Source of the DNA: a virus | Virus record (IMG/VR): IMGVR_UViG_3300033145_002663 | Location: 1-64,000 of that record | Strand: one strand, 5' to 3' | DNA: 64,000 nt | Shown here: positions 47,731 through 57,519 of the stretch, piece by piece | Layout: the number at the start of each line of letters is the position of its first letter | Numbering within the stretch: position 1 is the first letter of the stretch | Notes under the pieces: model-generated | What the model saw: the letters and a program-made list of their open reading frames with translations, nothing else | The model's database searches: none | What the model was told of the DNA's origin: nothing | Position numbers and translations under genes: made by a program

Positions 47731-47956
47731 GCCTGATTGCCTCCTCGATTTCGTCTTTGTATAATAATTCAAAAGAACTCCACAGCAAGTACGGAACCTG
47801 CTCGTACGTTCTTTCATTCACCACGTCTATAATTTCCCAGCTGAGCGATTCACCCGGACAGTGGAAGCTTGCCGGTTCGCCCTTGTGGGCATGAATAAAC
47901 AGGGTGTAGGATTTTCCATTGACTGATATCGTTAATTTTAATTTTAGGGGGGTCAT
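47714..47956 (-). CDS. Hypothetical protein
   Basis: Overlapping operon ORF. Confidence 0.5.
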   Translation of the reverse strand: MTPLKLKLTISVNGKSYTLFIHAHKGEPASFHCPGESLSWEIIDVVNERTYEQVPYLLWSSFELLYKDEIEEAIRHEACS

Positions 47957-48192
47957 TTCAATTTCTCACCTCTCTTAATCAACTCGGGCCGCCACAATGA
48001 TTTTGTTTCTTCACTGCAATGAGCCATGGCATCCTCCCATGTCGGCCATCGCCCATGTTTATTATAAAAACTATACTGGTAGCACAGGCTATTTCTATCA
48101 TGCGGGGCATCGATAGGATGATCAACCGCACATTCCTGACATACCCCCGGCCTGGGTGGCAACATAGTAAGTGGGCTTAAGTGTGATTTCAT
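47953..48192 (-). CDS. Hypothetical phage protein
   Basis: CQECAVDH...PHD...GRWPTWEDAMAHC. Confidence 0.6.
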   Translation of the reverse strand: MKSHLSPLTMLPPRPGVCQECAVDHPIDAPHDRNSLCYQYSFYNKHGRWPTWEDAMAHCSEETKSLWRPELIKRGEKLK

Positions 48193-48383
48193 TATCCCTC
48201 CAACTTTTTTAAGAACCACGACGCCTTAACATCCAGCGTAAACTCCTCGTTATAATAATAAAACTGCGAATCATCCCAATCAATCAGCACGGACTTGGGG
48301 ATGAACACCATGCGCTTTTTGTACCGGACGCGGATAGCCTTTCCGGAGAAAGACTCCCGCATCCATTTAACTTGGATTTTCAT
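48192..48383 (-). CDS. Hypothetical protein
   Basis: KAI...FIPKS pattern; operon ORF. Confidence 0.5.
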   Translation of the reverse strand: MKIQVKWMRESFSGKAIRVRYKKRMVFIPKSVLIDWDDSQFYYYNEEFTLDVKASWFLKKLEG

Positions 48384-48628
48384 TTAGCCAAATTCACTCT
48401 CTGCCCCTTGTTATTTCTTGCCACAAGGTCGGCTGCCGGTGGAAAATCTATGCTTTTATCGTCCACGTTGATTGTTCCGTAGCTGGCTACGTCAAAACGA
48501 TTGTATGATACCACCTCGGTAACCCGGGACGGCGACTGAAGCTCAACGGCCAGCTTTTCAAATGCCACCCGAAGATTACAGAGAACAATTGTTATTATGA
48601 TCAGGGCTATGAGTATTAAAACTCTCAT
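48380..48628 (-). CDS. Small membrane-anchored protein
   Basis: Hydrophobic N-terminus. Confidence 0.5.
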   Translation of the reverse strand: MRVLILIALIIITIVLCNLRVAFEKLAVELQSPSRVTEVVSYNRFDVASYGTINVDDKSIDFPPAADLVARNNKGQRVNLAK

Positions 48629-49065
48629 TGCTTCAACGCCTCCTTTCTTGCGAGATAATCCGCCCGCTCATTAAGCTTATTGCCAGCATGACCGGGCACC
48701 CAGTGAATACTAAACTGATATTTGGCGTACAGCTTTAGCAGTTTCAACCACAGATCTTTGTTCTTAACTGCCTGGCCGCTGGCTGTTCTCCATCCGTTCG
48801 CCTGCCACCTGGCCAGCCAGCCTTTGGTGAAAGCGTGTTGAACGTACTTGCTGTCGGTGTATATGCTAACACCAAAAACCGGGAAACTGATGGCCTGCAG
48901 GCCGGCAATCACGCCCATCAGCTCCATACGGTTGTTCGTTGTTCTGGACTCACCGCCCTTAACCTCTCGATCCCTGCCGCCGTAACTTAAGATCGCGGCG
49001 TATCCTCCCCTGCCTCCCGGGTTGCGGAGGCAGGAACCGTCGGTGTAGATTGTGACATTTTTCAT
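48625..49065 (-). CDS. rnhA: Ribonuclease HI
   Basis: IYTDGSCLRNPG, TTNNRMEL, TDSKYV, VKNKDLW, WVPGHAG..NERADYLA. Confidence 0.95.
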   Translation of the reverse strand: MKNVTIYTDGSCLRNPGGRGGYAAILSYGGRDREVKGGESRTTNNRMELMGVIAGLQAISFPVFGVSIYTDSKYVQHAFTKGWLARWQANGWRTASGQAVKNKDLWLKLLKLYAKYQFSIHWVPGHAGNKLNERADYLARKEALKQ

Positions 49066-49180
49066 GGTTTCCTTTCTTCGAGCAAGTCGAATAACCTTAA
49101 TTTCCGCCATTCTCAAGCGAGCCTTTTTCATTTCTAATCCTTAATCTGTACTCCCATGATGCAAAATAAATCCATGCTCG

Positions 49181-49804
49181 TTACCCCCTTAGGCTCGGTG
49201 TGTACGGCCGGCAGAACGTGCGCAGCGCGGCCAGGTTATCTTCGTCCACGGCCCGATACAATTTGCGATCAAACTCGTTACACACCTTCAGGTTGGTGGT
49301 GGTGTCAAAGAATACGGTGAACCGATCGCCCATGCATTCCATGAGCTCCGCCTGCAGATCATCGTCCTCAAATACTTCTGCTTTGAGCTTGACTGAAAAC
49401 TTCTGGTCGATCAGGTCCGGGTACTTATCTCCCAGAATTTCCTCGATCTCACAACCATCCTCGGCATTGACAGAAAAGCGGTTGCTGCTGACAAATTTCA
49501 CTTGACTATCATTCATGCCTGGGATACTGTAACTATGCCGGAAGTTGCTGTTATAACCATCCTTGTCTTGGCGGACGCGGGTAAATTCTATAATGGTGCC
49601 TCCGGCATCTTTCTTTTCGGCGGTAGCTTCTTTTAATGCCTTATCCGCCGCCAGGTAGCGATCCACCTCCTCCCTGATATGATCCGGCGCGTCGATCACC
49701 GGGATCTTGAACTTGGACGACTTCTTCTTCTTGGTCGTTGCCGTCTGTTTCAGCATGTCTCCAAATCCTACTGCGGGTTTAATCTTCCTTGCTGCTTGTG
49801 CCAT
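49181..49804 (-). CDS. Hypothetical protein
   Basis: SD GGAGG; 207 aa. Confidence 0.65.
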   Translation of the reverse strand: MAQAARKIKPAVGFGDMLKQTATTKKKKSSKFKIPVIDAPDHIREEVDRYLAADKALKEATAEKKDAGGTIIEFTRVRQDKDGYNSNFRHSYSIPGMNDSQVKFVSSNRFSVNAEDGCEIEEILGDKYPDLIDQKFSVKLKAEVFEDDDLQAELMECMGDRFTVFFDTTTNLKVCNEFDRKLYRAVDEDNLAALRTFCRPYTPSLRG

Positions 49805-49961
49805 GCGGTTTCCTCCTTTGGTTAATAAATCTATTCAGTGCTTCTAAAACACTGGGTTCCAAATAAACTTTGTCGGTCGGATTGAGATGATCATTTGCCA
49901 AAAGCCAGACGCCAAATCCATCGAACTTTGCGTAAACGCCATCACCGAGATACTCATAAAT
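49779..49961 (-). CDS. Small hypothetical protein, possible ATT start
   Basis: Open frame IYEYLGDGVYAKFDGFGVWLLANDHLNPTDKVYLEP...; GGAGG lies 8 nt upstream of ATT. Confidence 0.45.
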   Translation of the reverse strand: MYEYLGDGVYAKFDGFGVWLLANDHLNPTDKVYLEPSVLEALNRFINQRRKPHGTSSKED

Positions 49962-50057
49962 ATGTCATACCTCCCTGTTAAAGACTCGAAAGTCCTTTAC
50001 CAAAAAACTCCCACAATTGCCTTCTTCCACGCCATGTAATCCGTTTTTTCTCGGTCA

Positions 50058-51698
50058 TTAACCCAAGGTCAACGAGCAACATAAATGCCGTATATCCGGT
50101 GCTAAATTCACCTCATGAGTCAATTTGATTTGTGTTGACCTATCCGCAAATACAGGTTGATTTAAGTTCTGGCTGTATGATTCCCAGCCCTCGAAGCTGT
50201 CAACGATATTCTGTTCTTCATTATTCATGTTCTGATATGATTTATTGCCGTAATCATGGGGCAACCAGTTCTTACCCAGACATGCCGCCATGTTAAACCG
50301 TCTGAGGATATCCTCATCCCTGAAAGTTAAATGAATCGTGCCCTTTTTATAGCAGTTCATTTTAAAGTAGGTACTATGAATACCTCTTGACTCGCCTCTA
50401 TCGAAAGCACGCGTTATTGCGCTTGTTATTGTTTGATAATGAGCGCATCCGTCAAAGTAATTCATAACGATATCAATGTCTCTTAGTTCTCTTGCGGCAT
50501 CGTAGTGCAATTTCCATCGTCCATCAAACCAATCATTAAACGGGCCGCTTCCATATCCGCCATACATTGGAATGATAACCTTCTTACCCACTTTAAAAGC
50601 GTTATTGGTTTTCCAACCACTAAAATAATGAATGTTATCTTCATACAGACCACCGCTATAGCAATTCTTGATAGTAAACTTATCAAAAATTTCCAGCACG
50701 GCCCTGGTGAGTGCGTCCGTATATCCACCGATTAAATTAAGAACAAACTGCCTGATATTATGCTCGGTGAAATCCATATCACATCGCTCATTCAGCGCGT
50801 GCTCGAACTCCGACTGTCGCTTGGCGGTCATGCGGCTGTTGACTTCTTTCAGGTCAAGCGTTTTTCGCCAGAACGTTTTTCGAACGGCGATCACCAGGAC
50901 ATTGACCTCGTTCTGCATTTGTGTGGTAAGATCTTCGTCCCTGCAATACTTATCCGGTTCCTTGTTTAATCCAATAAAGACACCGACCTTTTTGTAATTC
51001 TTATAATAATCCGTGATGGTTTGAATGCCAATATTTACGATCTGATTGTACTCAGCCACCAGCTCCTGGATGGTTCGACGGTTGGACACTTCGTGGTTGG
51101 TTTCAATTCCAGGCTTTAATTCACCGGCGGTATCACTGACATCTTTGAAAAGATCTTCCTCAACATTACGCGTGACAATGATATTCACCAGGGCAACTTC
51201 GACCTTGGTTTTTCGTTCCGCGAACTCAAAACCGTTTTGGATATATTCAATCTCGGCGTTGAGTTCGTCCAGCTTCTTAACCAGCTCCTTGCGGGTGTTG
51301 CTGTACGGATTGCACAAAGTTTCGGCATTGAGCAGGAATATGATCTGCCCTCTGTACATAATATCGATTGCTTTGAGCAGATGCTTATCCCCCTCATCAA
51401 ACGGCGGGTTCGCAATAATTAAATCGAACTTATCCGGTCCGGCGTAAGTGAGAAAGTTACTATCAATGACTTTAATACCCTTGCCTCTGAGTGTTGCCTG
51501 AAATTCCTCATCAATCTCTATGGCCGATATGTTGCTGAAATTTCGACTATGGCTATATCGGCTACGCTCCTTGAGAAATTCGATAATACCCCCCCTACCC
51601 GCCGAAGGATCCAATACGTTGACAAATGAACCTTTCTGAACCTTGTCAAGCATCTTTCTTATCAGACGCTTCGGGGTAGGATAATCATTTTTTAACAT
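50058..51698 (-). CDS. Amino (N6-adenine-type) DNA methyltransferase with DUF4942-like C-terminus
   Basis: YPTP, VLDPSAGRG, IIANPPF; C-terminal YFKMNCYKKGTIHLTF. Confidence 0.85.
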   Translation of the reverse strand: MLKNDYPTPKRLIRKMLDKVQKGSFVNVLDPSAGRGGIIEFLKERSRYSHSRNFSNISAIEIDEEFQATLRGKGIKVIDSNFLTYAGPDKFDLIIANPPFDEGDKHLLKAIDIMYRGQIIFLLNAETLCNPYSNTRKELVKKLDELNAEIEYIQNGFEFAERKTKVEVALVNIIVTRNVEEDLFKDVSDTAGELKPGIETNHEVSNRRTIQELVAEYNQIVNIGIQTITDYYKNYKKVGVFIGLNKEPDKYCRDEDLTTQMQNEVNVLVIAVRKTFWRKTLDLKEVNSRMTAKRQSEFEHALNERCDMDFTEHNIRQFVLNLIGGYTDALTRAVLEIFDKFTIKNCYSGGLYEDNIHYFSGWKTNNAFKVGKKVIIPMYGGYGSGPFNDWFDGRWKLHYDAARELRDIDIVMNYFDGCAHYQTITSAITRAFDRGESRGIHSTYFKMNCYKKGTIHLTFRDEDILRRFNMAACLGKNWLPHDYGNKSYQNMNNEEQNIVDSFEGWESYSQNLNQPVFADRSTQIKLTHEVNLAPDIRHLCCSLTLG

Positions 51699-51708
51699 TT
51701 ATCCCTCC

Positions 51709-51963
51709 TTAAATCATCGGTTGATTCCGTTCGGACAGCGGACGACCCACCTCTGGAACTTCCTCAAAATATAATTTCATATCCTTATCCAAATCCATTC
51801 CGTGAGGCGGTTCTCCATCATCATCGATCAAATAAACATCTGTCCATTGATCCCCTTTATAGTCGTGGCGACATCGATCAACCTCTTCGTAAATCTTACC
51901 TGACGTAAAGACTATCCTGTTATCTTGAATCATCCTAAAGTCTTTCTTGCACAGCCATTTCAT
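51709..51963 (-). CDS. Hypothetical protein, paralog of 53066..53260
   Basis: MKWLCKKDF.M..DNR.VFT.GK.YEEV is shared. Confidence 0.7.
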   Translation of the reverse strand: MKWLCKKDFRMIQDNRIVFTSGKIYEEVDRCRHDYKGDQWTDVYLIDDDGEPPHGMDLDKDMKLYFEEVPEVGRPLSERNQPMI

Positions 51964-52376
51964 CCTTCCTCCCCCAACAATGTTTTAGCTACATAGAGCC
52001 GTTCCAGTTTCTCGGCAATACCGGACAAATCCTCGTCGTCGGAGCATACCCGCTTTAATTCTTTGATAAGGTTACGGGTCACTGCACCGCGCATCACGTG
52101 CAACTCTTGATAAACCCTGCCAACTTCCCGACGTAAGTACTCATGTTGACTAGCGTTAAGCTGTTTTAAATCATTATTTAAATCTTTATACTGTAAATAA
52201 TATCGATGCATGGGAACTTGATGAATATGTTTTCCATCCTGACCACGTCGTCTAAAGCGGTATGTTTTACTTAAAAATTTCTTGGCAAGGGATCGAAATA
52301 AATCTCCCTCCTTAGTGTTTGGGACTTTAAAAATATATCCCGGATTGTCCTTCATATATTTTTCAAGTTTCTTCAA
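51960..52376 (-). CDS. Hypothetical protein, paralog of 34111..34392
   Basis: PGYIFKV and RVCSDDE...LLGEE are shared. Confidence 0.65.
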   Translation of the reverse strand: MKKLEKYMKDNPGYIFKVPNTKEGDLFRSLAKKFLSKTYRFRRRGQDGKHIHQVPMHRYYLQYKDLNNDLKQLNASQHEYLRREVGRVYQELHVMRGAVTRNLIKELKRVCSDDEDLSGIAEKLERLYVAKTLLGEEG

Positions 52377-52385
52377 AGCTCCTCC

Positions 52386-53066
52386 TTACGCCGGCAACGG
52401 CGCACGATCGTCCGGGTTCGCCTGCGTTCCCAGCATAATATCGTCGCTGATCTTGCCTAATATTTCCTCGATGTACTCATCCTCATCCGGGTGCGCGGCC
52501 TTCATGAAGTTTAAAGCGATGTCCTTTTCTCCCTCGGCCAGTTGCAGGTAGCGGGCGTATTGCTTTTTGTACCGATTGATTTTCTCAACCTCATCAAATG
52601 CCAAACCTACAGCAACACTAACTTTATCAATAACACTTTTACGCTCTTTGATGATGCCATCATATTCTTTCTTCGCCAAATTATAACGAGTTTCAATTTC
52701 TTTAGCAGCCTTCTCTTGAGCCTTATGCTTTTCTCGATGCTCTGACGAGAAAGCCTTTTGCGGCTTAAAAGAAACAGATTCTTCATTCAATACATAACCA
52801 TCTGTTGACCAATCTCGTCGCATACGTGTCATGCCATTAAGAAGATTAACAATTTCTTGAGCATCTTCTTTGCGCTCAAGCAATACATCATCAATATTGA
52901 AAAGGTTTAAATCTTCCTGCGGCTTGTTTACTTCCGGTTTGACTGGCGACGACTCCGGCAGTAGCGGTATGCCTTCAAAGCAACACTCCAGGTCGATTAA
53001 ACGCTCAATTCCATCCTGATTTAAATCTCTAAGCTCTTCGTTGGTGTAGTCTGTGAGTCTTTTCAT
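52386..53066 (-). CDS. Hypothetical coiled-coil protein
   Basis: 226-aa ORF; SD GGAGG. Confidence 0.65.
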   Translation of the reverse strand: MKRLTDYTNEELRDLNQDGIERLIDLECCFEGIPLLPESSPVKPEVNKPQEDLNLFNIDDVLLERKEDAQEIVNLLNGMTRMRRDWSTDGYVLNEESVSFKPQKAFSSEHREKHKAQEKAAKEIETRYNLAKKEYDGIIKERKSVIDKVSVAVGLAFDEVEKINRYKKQYARYLQLAEGEKDIALNFMKAAHPDEDEYIEEILGKISDDIMLGTQANPDDRAPLPA

Positions 53067-53260
53067 TATTCCTCCTTAAAATAATTTAACATGTCTTCTA
53101 TTAAATCCATTCCATGACGTTCACCCTCATCATCAATCAGAAAAATATCAACCCATTTGTCATGCTTAATACGAGAAACTTCCTCGTAAGTTTTACCTGC
53201 TGTAAATACCACCCGATTATCATGATTCATTTTAAAGTCTTTTTTACATAACCATTTCAT
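53066..53260 (-). CDS. Hypothetical protein, paralog of 51709..51963
   Basis: Shared motif as for its paralog. Confidence 0.7.
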   Translation of the reverse strand: MKWLCKKDFKMNHDNRVVFTAGKTYEEVSRIKHDKWVDIFLIDDEGERHGMDLIEDMLNYFKEE

Positions 53261-53261
53261 C

Positions 53262-54398
53262 TTAATTCACCCCCATATGCACCAGCTCGCCCCAGGGCGG
53301 ATCACTGCCCCGGCCGCTTGGGGTTTTCACCCACAGCACGGGATAATCCGGCGGGCTTGCCGGGTAATCGCTGCTTTCCAGGTCTGTCAGATAAATCGCA
53401 AATCCCGGAGTGCCGTCATAGTTTCTTTCGATCCACTCAAATGCCGGTGAAAACCGGGTACCGCCGCCCCCGCTAAATTCAAGGGACAATATCGGCAGGT
53501 CCTCACGGGTGTAAATCGCGGGTGTTCCCTGCACCTTAGTATCAACATAAACCACGGTCAGCTCGGTGGGATACGTTTCAAGGATACCGTTAAACTCCCC
53601 GAGAAACTGCTGCCGGTCCTTTAATGTGGAACCTGAAGCGTCCATGATCAGGACACCGGGATTAAGCTCCCTGCAAAACATGCTCGGCAGATAAATACCC
53701 ATGTGAATAAAGCGGCGGTTCGGCGGGATCCACTGATAGTCGTTCCGGGTTATCTTCTCGATGAACCTCATGAGCACGACTCGCCAGTCCACCTTGGGCT
53801 TTAAGATGTTATCCACCATCTCTTTAATACCACCCAGCATCTTACCCTCGGCACTCGCCTGGTTCTTGGCCTGTCTTACGGTCAGCTCCCAGTCGACCTC
53901 GTGCTCTCGTTTCTGGGATTCGGTGGCGGGCTGGTTTTCGTCTTCCGGGTTCGGCATGTCTCGAACTTCGCCAAAGCCGCCACCTTCAGGCGGATCGGGA
54001 ATTAATGAATAGATCTCCTCTGCACACATCCCGTAAAACGCCGGGTCGTCCAAGCCGCCTTCCGGCAACCTAAATCCGGCATCCGTTACCAGCGGATTAA
54101 TCGCATAATCGGCAGCCCTGTTAAATTTCTCATGTTTCCGATCACCCCTTCTGGTATGATGCATGCAAGCACAGTGCATGCATTCGTGACAGACAACACC
54201 CCGGATCTTACCGATGGTAAGCGAGTGCACGAACTCAGGGTTGTATCCAAGGTGTATGCCGTCGGTCCACATCGTTTTACAGCCGTAGTCTTCCTTTAAA
54301 ATGAGCTTTAGGGACAGCGTACCGAAGAACGGTGCTTCAGCTATCAGCCCGGATCGTGCCCGCACCATCTGGAAGCGGGCCTCTTTGTCTTTGATCAT
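53262..54398 (-). CDS. Metallopeptidase plus vWA-like domain protein (DUF2201-type)
   Basis: TMWTDG, HECMH (HExxH), AADYAIN, DASGS (MIDAS-like), GGGGTRF, YLTD. Confidence 0.88.
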   Translation of the reverse strand: MIKDKEARFQMVRARSGLIAEAPFFGTLSLKLILKEDYGCKTMWTDGIHLGYNPEFVHSLTIGKIRGVVCHECMHCACMHHTRRGDRKHEKFNRAADYAINPLVTDAGFRLPEGGLDDPAFYGMCAEEIYSLIPDPPEGGGFGEVRDMPNPEDENQPATESQKREHEVDWELTVRQAKNQASAEGKMLGGIKEMVDNILKPKVDWRVVLMRFIEKITRNDYQWIPPNRRFIHMGIYLPSMFCRELNPGVLIMDASGSTLKDRQQFLGEFNGILETYPTELTVVYVDTKVQGTPAIYTREDLPILSLEFSGGGGTRFSPAFEWIERNYDGTPGFAIYLTDLESSDYPASPPDYPVLWVKTPSGRGSDPPWGELVHMGVN

Positions 54399-54409
54399 TT
54401 TTCACCTCC

Positions 54410-54898
54410 TCACTCCCACATATGCCGGAAATCGTTGTTTGGCATGATCCAGAAATACTGATTCAAAATAATTCGGCATAGTTTGTGGAGATCGTCGAAA
54501 TATAACTTATCTTTATCAAAATAGGGTTCCCATGAACCCGACTCAATCACTTTGTGCATATCGTCACACTCATATGGGTAGTTTGGATCAAAACCGTACC
54601 TTAGAAAATGATCAACCTCCGCTTCGCATCCGTATTGAGTCAGAGTATTATCCAATCTTTGAAAGCATGTTTCGCAATACGGGGTTCCATCACCATCTGT
54701 ACCCCAACCACCATCAACATCATACTCGCCATCCGGATCTGATCTTCGGAGATCCTCCACTTTTTTATGTGCGCAATCATAACAAAAACTTAATCCTTCA
54801 TCGTATCCGCTGATCCAGTGTTCATTTTCTTCCGTGACGAGCATGGCGCCGGCCAGAAAAACTTCTTCCAGTCTCATGCGTTCAGTTTTTGTTAACAT
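54410..54898 (-). CDS. Hypothetical protein with CxxC pairs
   Basis: CYDC...CETC. Confidence 0.6.
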   Translation of the reverse strand: MLTKTERMRLEEVFLAGAMLVTEENEHWISGYDEGLSFCYDCAHKKVEDLRRSDPDGEYDVDGGWGTDGDGTPYCETCFQRLDNTLTQYGCEAEVDHFLRYGFDPNYPYECDDMHKVIESGSWEPYFDKDKLYFDDLHKLCRIILNQYFWIMPNNDFRHMWE

Positions 54899-54905
54899 AC
54901 CTTTG

Positions 54906-55754
54906 TTAACATACCACCCCCGCGTACGGCGCCATCTTCTTCATGATCTCAGCTGTGGCGTCCTTTAAAGTGTTTCGAACTTCCTCGTTCCCCCTGATCT
55001 CCTTGCCGGAAAACCGGCACAGTTTTTGCTCGATCTCTTTGGCCATTTCGTCCAGCTTGGGATCGTTGCCGATGTTCAGCTTGGGCAGCACCGGGAGCAG
55101 GTCTTTAATATTCTGCACGATGGAGTTGTGCGGTTTCTTGGACTCCGCCAAACGGTCCGCCATTTTCTTGATCGGATCGTACAGCTTTTTCCATACACCG
55201 GCCATTGCCCCGGCAAACCGGGCAGTGATCTGTTTTTCCAGGTTGTCGTTCAGATAGTCCAGTTCGTCCTGGGACAGCTTCACGCGCCAGTCCCCCACCG
55301 AAGGGATAGGAACAATGTTCAGTTTAGTTCCGAACAGGTCACGAATTTTCGAGACAGCCGGGTAATCCCCAGCCTTCCACATCGTTCCGAGTAATTCTTT
55401 CTCGGCATGAACATAACCGGAATAGTTAATACAGAACTGATCATAGCGATCCTCGAACGTTGAGATTCGCTGGCGCTGACCGTCCATGTATTCCTGGTGC
55501 AGCTCGATGGCCAGAATGCGGTTAACAGGATCCCACGGCAGGGTCATGAGTTTATGAAAGTTCTTAATATCGGCGGCCGCGGACTCGTACCCGCTGGTAC
55601 AATCCTTGGCCATCGTATATTTCGTGAATGATCCTGCCTTTCTCCTGCATCCCTCATTAATCTTGTTTGTTACTTCCTTGTCCACCCGGTTCGTGCGGTA
55701 CATGTTCACCTCACATGACACCAGGACGGCTCTTGAGCTTAGGTCTAACAACAT
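54906..55754 (-). CDS. Helical protein associated with the AAA/vWA locus (DUF3150-like)
   Basis: LSSRAVLV...TLPW...DYP...LPKLNIGNDP pattern; position between AAA and vWA genes. Confidence 0.6.
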   Translation of the reverse strand: MLLDLSSRAVLVSCEVNMYRTNRVDKEVTNKINEGCRRKAGSFTKYTMAKDCTSGYESAAADIKNFHKLMTLPWDPVNRILAIELHQEYMDGQRQRISTFEDRYDQFCINYSGYVHAEKELLGTMWKAGDYPAVSKIRDLFGTKLNIVPIPSVGDWRVKLSQDELDYLNDNLEKQITARFAGAMAGVWKKLYDPIKKMADRLAESKKPHNSIVQNIKDLLPVLPKLNIGNDPKLDEMAKEIEQKLCRFSGKEIRGNEEVRNTLKDATAEIMKKMAPYAGVVC

Positions 55755-56088
55755 TGGTTTTCTCCTTTCCAAAAACTTTTAAGATGCGAATACATTCGGG
55801 ATGATTTTTATATCCCAAAGCATTTGACACTTCGCGCCAGGTTTTCCCACCACCTCGCATACGTTTAATAATTTTCACCTGCTTCATGCGCTGTTCAATG
55901 GTAAACCGAGGCTGTCTGCCAGGTTTTCGGTTTAAATTTTTAATAATTTCTTGTCTTTTTTTACGCAATTGACATAATTGCATCCGAACGGATCGTTTTT
56001 GTTTAAATAATTCGATTTCCTTTTGATTGATTTTATCATCAATCTCGACCAAACGAGCTATTTCTTCATCAATGAGTTTTGTTGGCAT
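55711..56088 (-). CDS. Basic coiled-coil plus HTH protein
   Basis: GKTWREVSNALG. Confidence 0.5.
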   Translation of the reverse strand: MPTKLIDEEIARLVEIDDKINQKEIELFKQKRSVRMQLCQLRKKRQEIIKNLNRKPGRQPRFTIEQRMKQVKIIKRMRGGGKTWREVSNALGYKNHPECIRILKVFGKEKTNVVRPKLKSRPGVM

Positions 56089-56246
56089 TAATCGCCTCCG
56101 TCGAAATCTAATGAATCTGCATCAGAACCGACGACTTCAAATTGATCGCTACCACACTTGGGGCACCTTGCTCCGTGTTCGGCCCAATCAATGTCGTTAT
56201 CGTATGGGCTTGCTGTTTTCCATTGATCATAATTTGTAAACGGCAT
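56088..56246 (-). CDS. Small hypothetical protein (52 aa)
   Basis: MPFTNYDQWKTASPYD...CPKCGS; SD GGAGG; absent from the ORF track. Confidence 0.5.
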   Translation of the reverse strand: MPFTNYDQWKTASPYDNDIDWAEHGARCPKCGSDQFEVVGSDADSLDFDGGD

Positions 56247-56441
56247 CTATTCCTCCTTAAACACGCAATTTTGACAACGCGTCTTATCTCTACAAAATTT
56301 ACATACTTTATTGCTGTCTATGGCCTCGCAAGTATGATCGATAATCACTCCTATCGCTTTTGTCATAGGCACATCCAAAGCCCATGCAATACGCCTCAAT
56401 GCGCAACTACGCTGATAGTTTAATTCTGGCGTATATGCCAT
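56247..56441 (-). CDS. Small RHH-like, Cys-rich protein
   Basis: MAYTPEL...LRRIAWALDVPMTK...VCKFCRDKTRCQNC. Confidence 0.65.
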   Translation of the reverse strand: MAYTPELNYQRSCALRRIAWALDVPMTKAIGVIIDHTCEAIDSNKVCKFCRDKTRCQNCVFKEE

Positions 56442-56454
56442 CTTGCCTCACCCC

Positions 56455-57519
56455 CTACTGCAAATACTGCCCGTGCTCCGGGAACCACTGCGTGGTGTAC
56501 GCTTTGTGCTTCATGAGCATGGGGTCTTTGCGGACGATGTCTTTCATTAATTTCATGGACCACTCTTTTTCCACCCGCATAGAATATGTTACGATGTTCT
56601 TAAAGTTGTCCTGATCGGCCATGGATGCCAGCGCGCAGGTCAGCGAGTACATTATGTCAGGCTTACCTGTGGGAACACCGGCGGTCTTGGGATGCGCCAG
56701 GATATTGTCCATGTCCGGCAGCTCGTTATAAACTTTCTCGAATGTCATGAACTCACCGGTGGGCCCCTTGCCGACCGTGCCGCTTAACAGCTCGAACTTT
56801 AAATCCTGCGGCGGGTGCTGCTTTAAAATGTCGGATGTAAATTCCCATGTCCTAGGCGAGGCGAACGCTTTTTCGTTTTTCTTTTCCGGGTTCTGAGAAT
56901 CGTTCATCGGGTCAAAGTCCAACAGCAGCTGCGGAAAATTATGAATGAACGCAATCACCATTGGATAAATATCAGCGCGGTACGCCCATGTAATCCAATC
57001 TTCCTGGCTTACATCGTAGTTAATATGAATGAGCCGGTTCGCCATGGGGGTGCTCATCCGGTGGGTGAACGCTCTGTCAATTTCCCGGTTGCCGGCGGCT
57101 ACGATCCACCAGCCAGGCGGCAGCTCGTACTCCCCGATTTTTCGATCAAGGAATAACTGAAGCAGGGCGTTCTGTGTGAGCGGCGGTGCTGAGGGCAGCT
57201 CATCAAAAAAGATGATGCCCTTGCCTTCCGTCGGCAGGAATGCCGGCGGACACCAGTGCGCTTTCTGGTCGCCGTTGATTGATGGCAACCCACGAATATC
57301 AACAGGATCGAGCAGCAATGCCCGAATATCCCTGAAGCCGTACAGTGCCTTTGCCTTTTGTTTGATTAATTTGCAATCACCGCCCTCGGTGGCGTTAAGC
57401 CAGTCCACCAGTTGTTGGATGATACATGACTTTCCAACTCCCGGCGGGCCCCATAAAATGCAGGGCAGGTCGGCGTTTTTAAGAATCTTTAATGATTCAA
57501 ATACTTGGGTTGGCCTCAT
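56455..57519 (-). CDS. MoxR-like AAA+ ATPase
   Basis: WGPPGVGKS, DIRGLP, IIFFDE, AAGNR, MANR, SPRTWE. Confidence 0.9.
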   Translation of the reverse strand: MRPTQVFESLKILKNADLPCILWGPPGVGKSCIIQQLVDWLNATEGGDCKLIKQKAKALYGFRDIRALLLDPVDIRGLPSINGDQKAHWCPPAFLPTEGKGIIFFDELPSAPPLTQNALLQLFLDRKIGEYELPPGWWIVAAGNREIDRAFTHRMSTPMANRLIHINYDVSQEDWITWAYRADIYPMVIAFIHNFPQLLLDFDPMNDSQNPEKKNEKAFASPRTWEFTSDILKQHPPQDLKFELLSGTVGKGPTGEFMTFEKVYNELPDMDNILAHPKTAGVPTGKPDIMYSLTCALASMADQDNFKNIVTYSMRVEKEWSMKLMKDIVRKDPMLMKHKAYTTQWFPEHGQYLQ

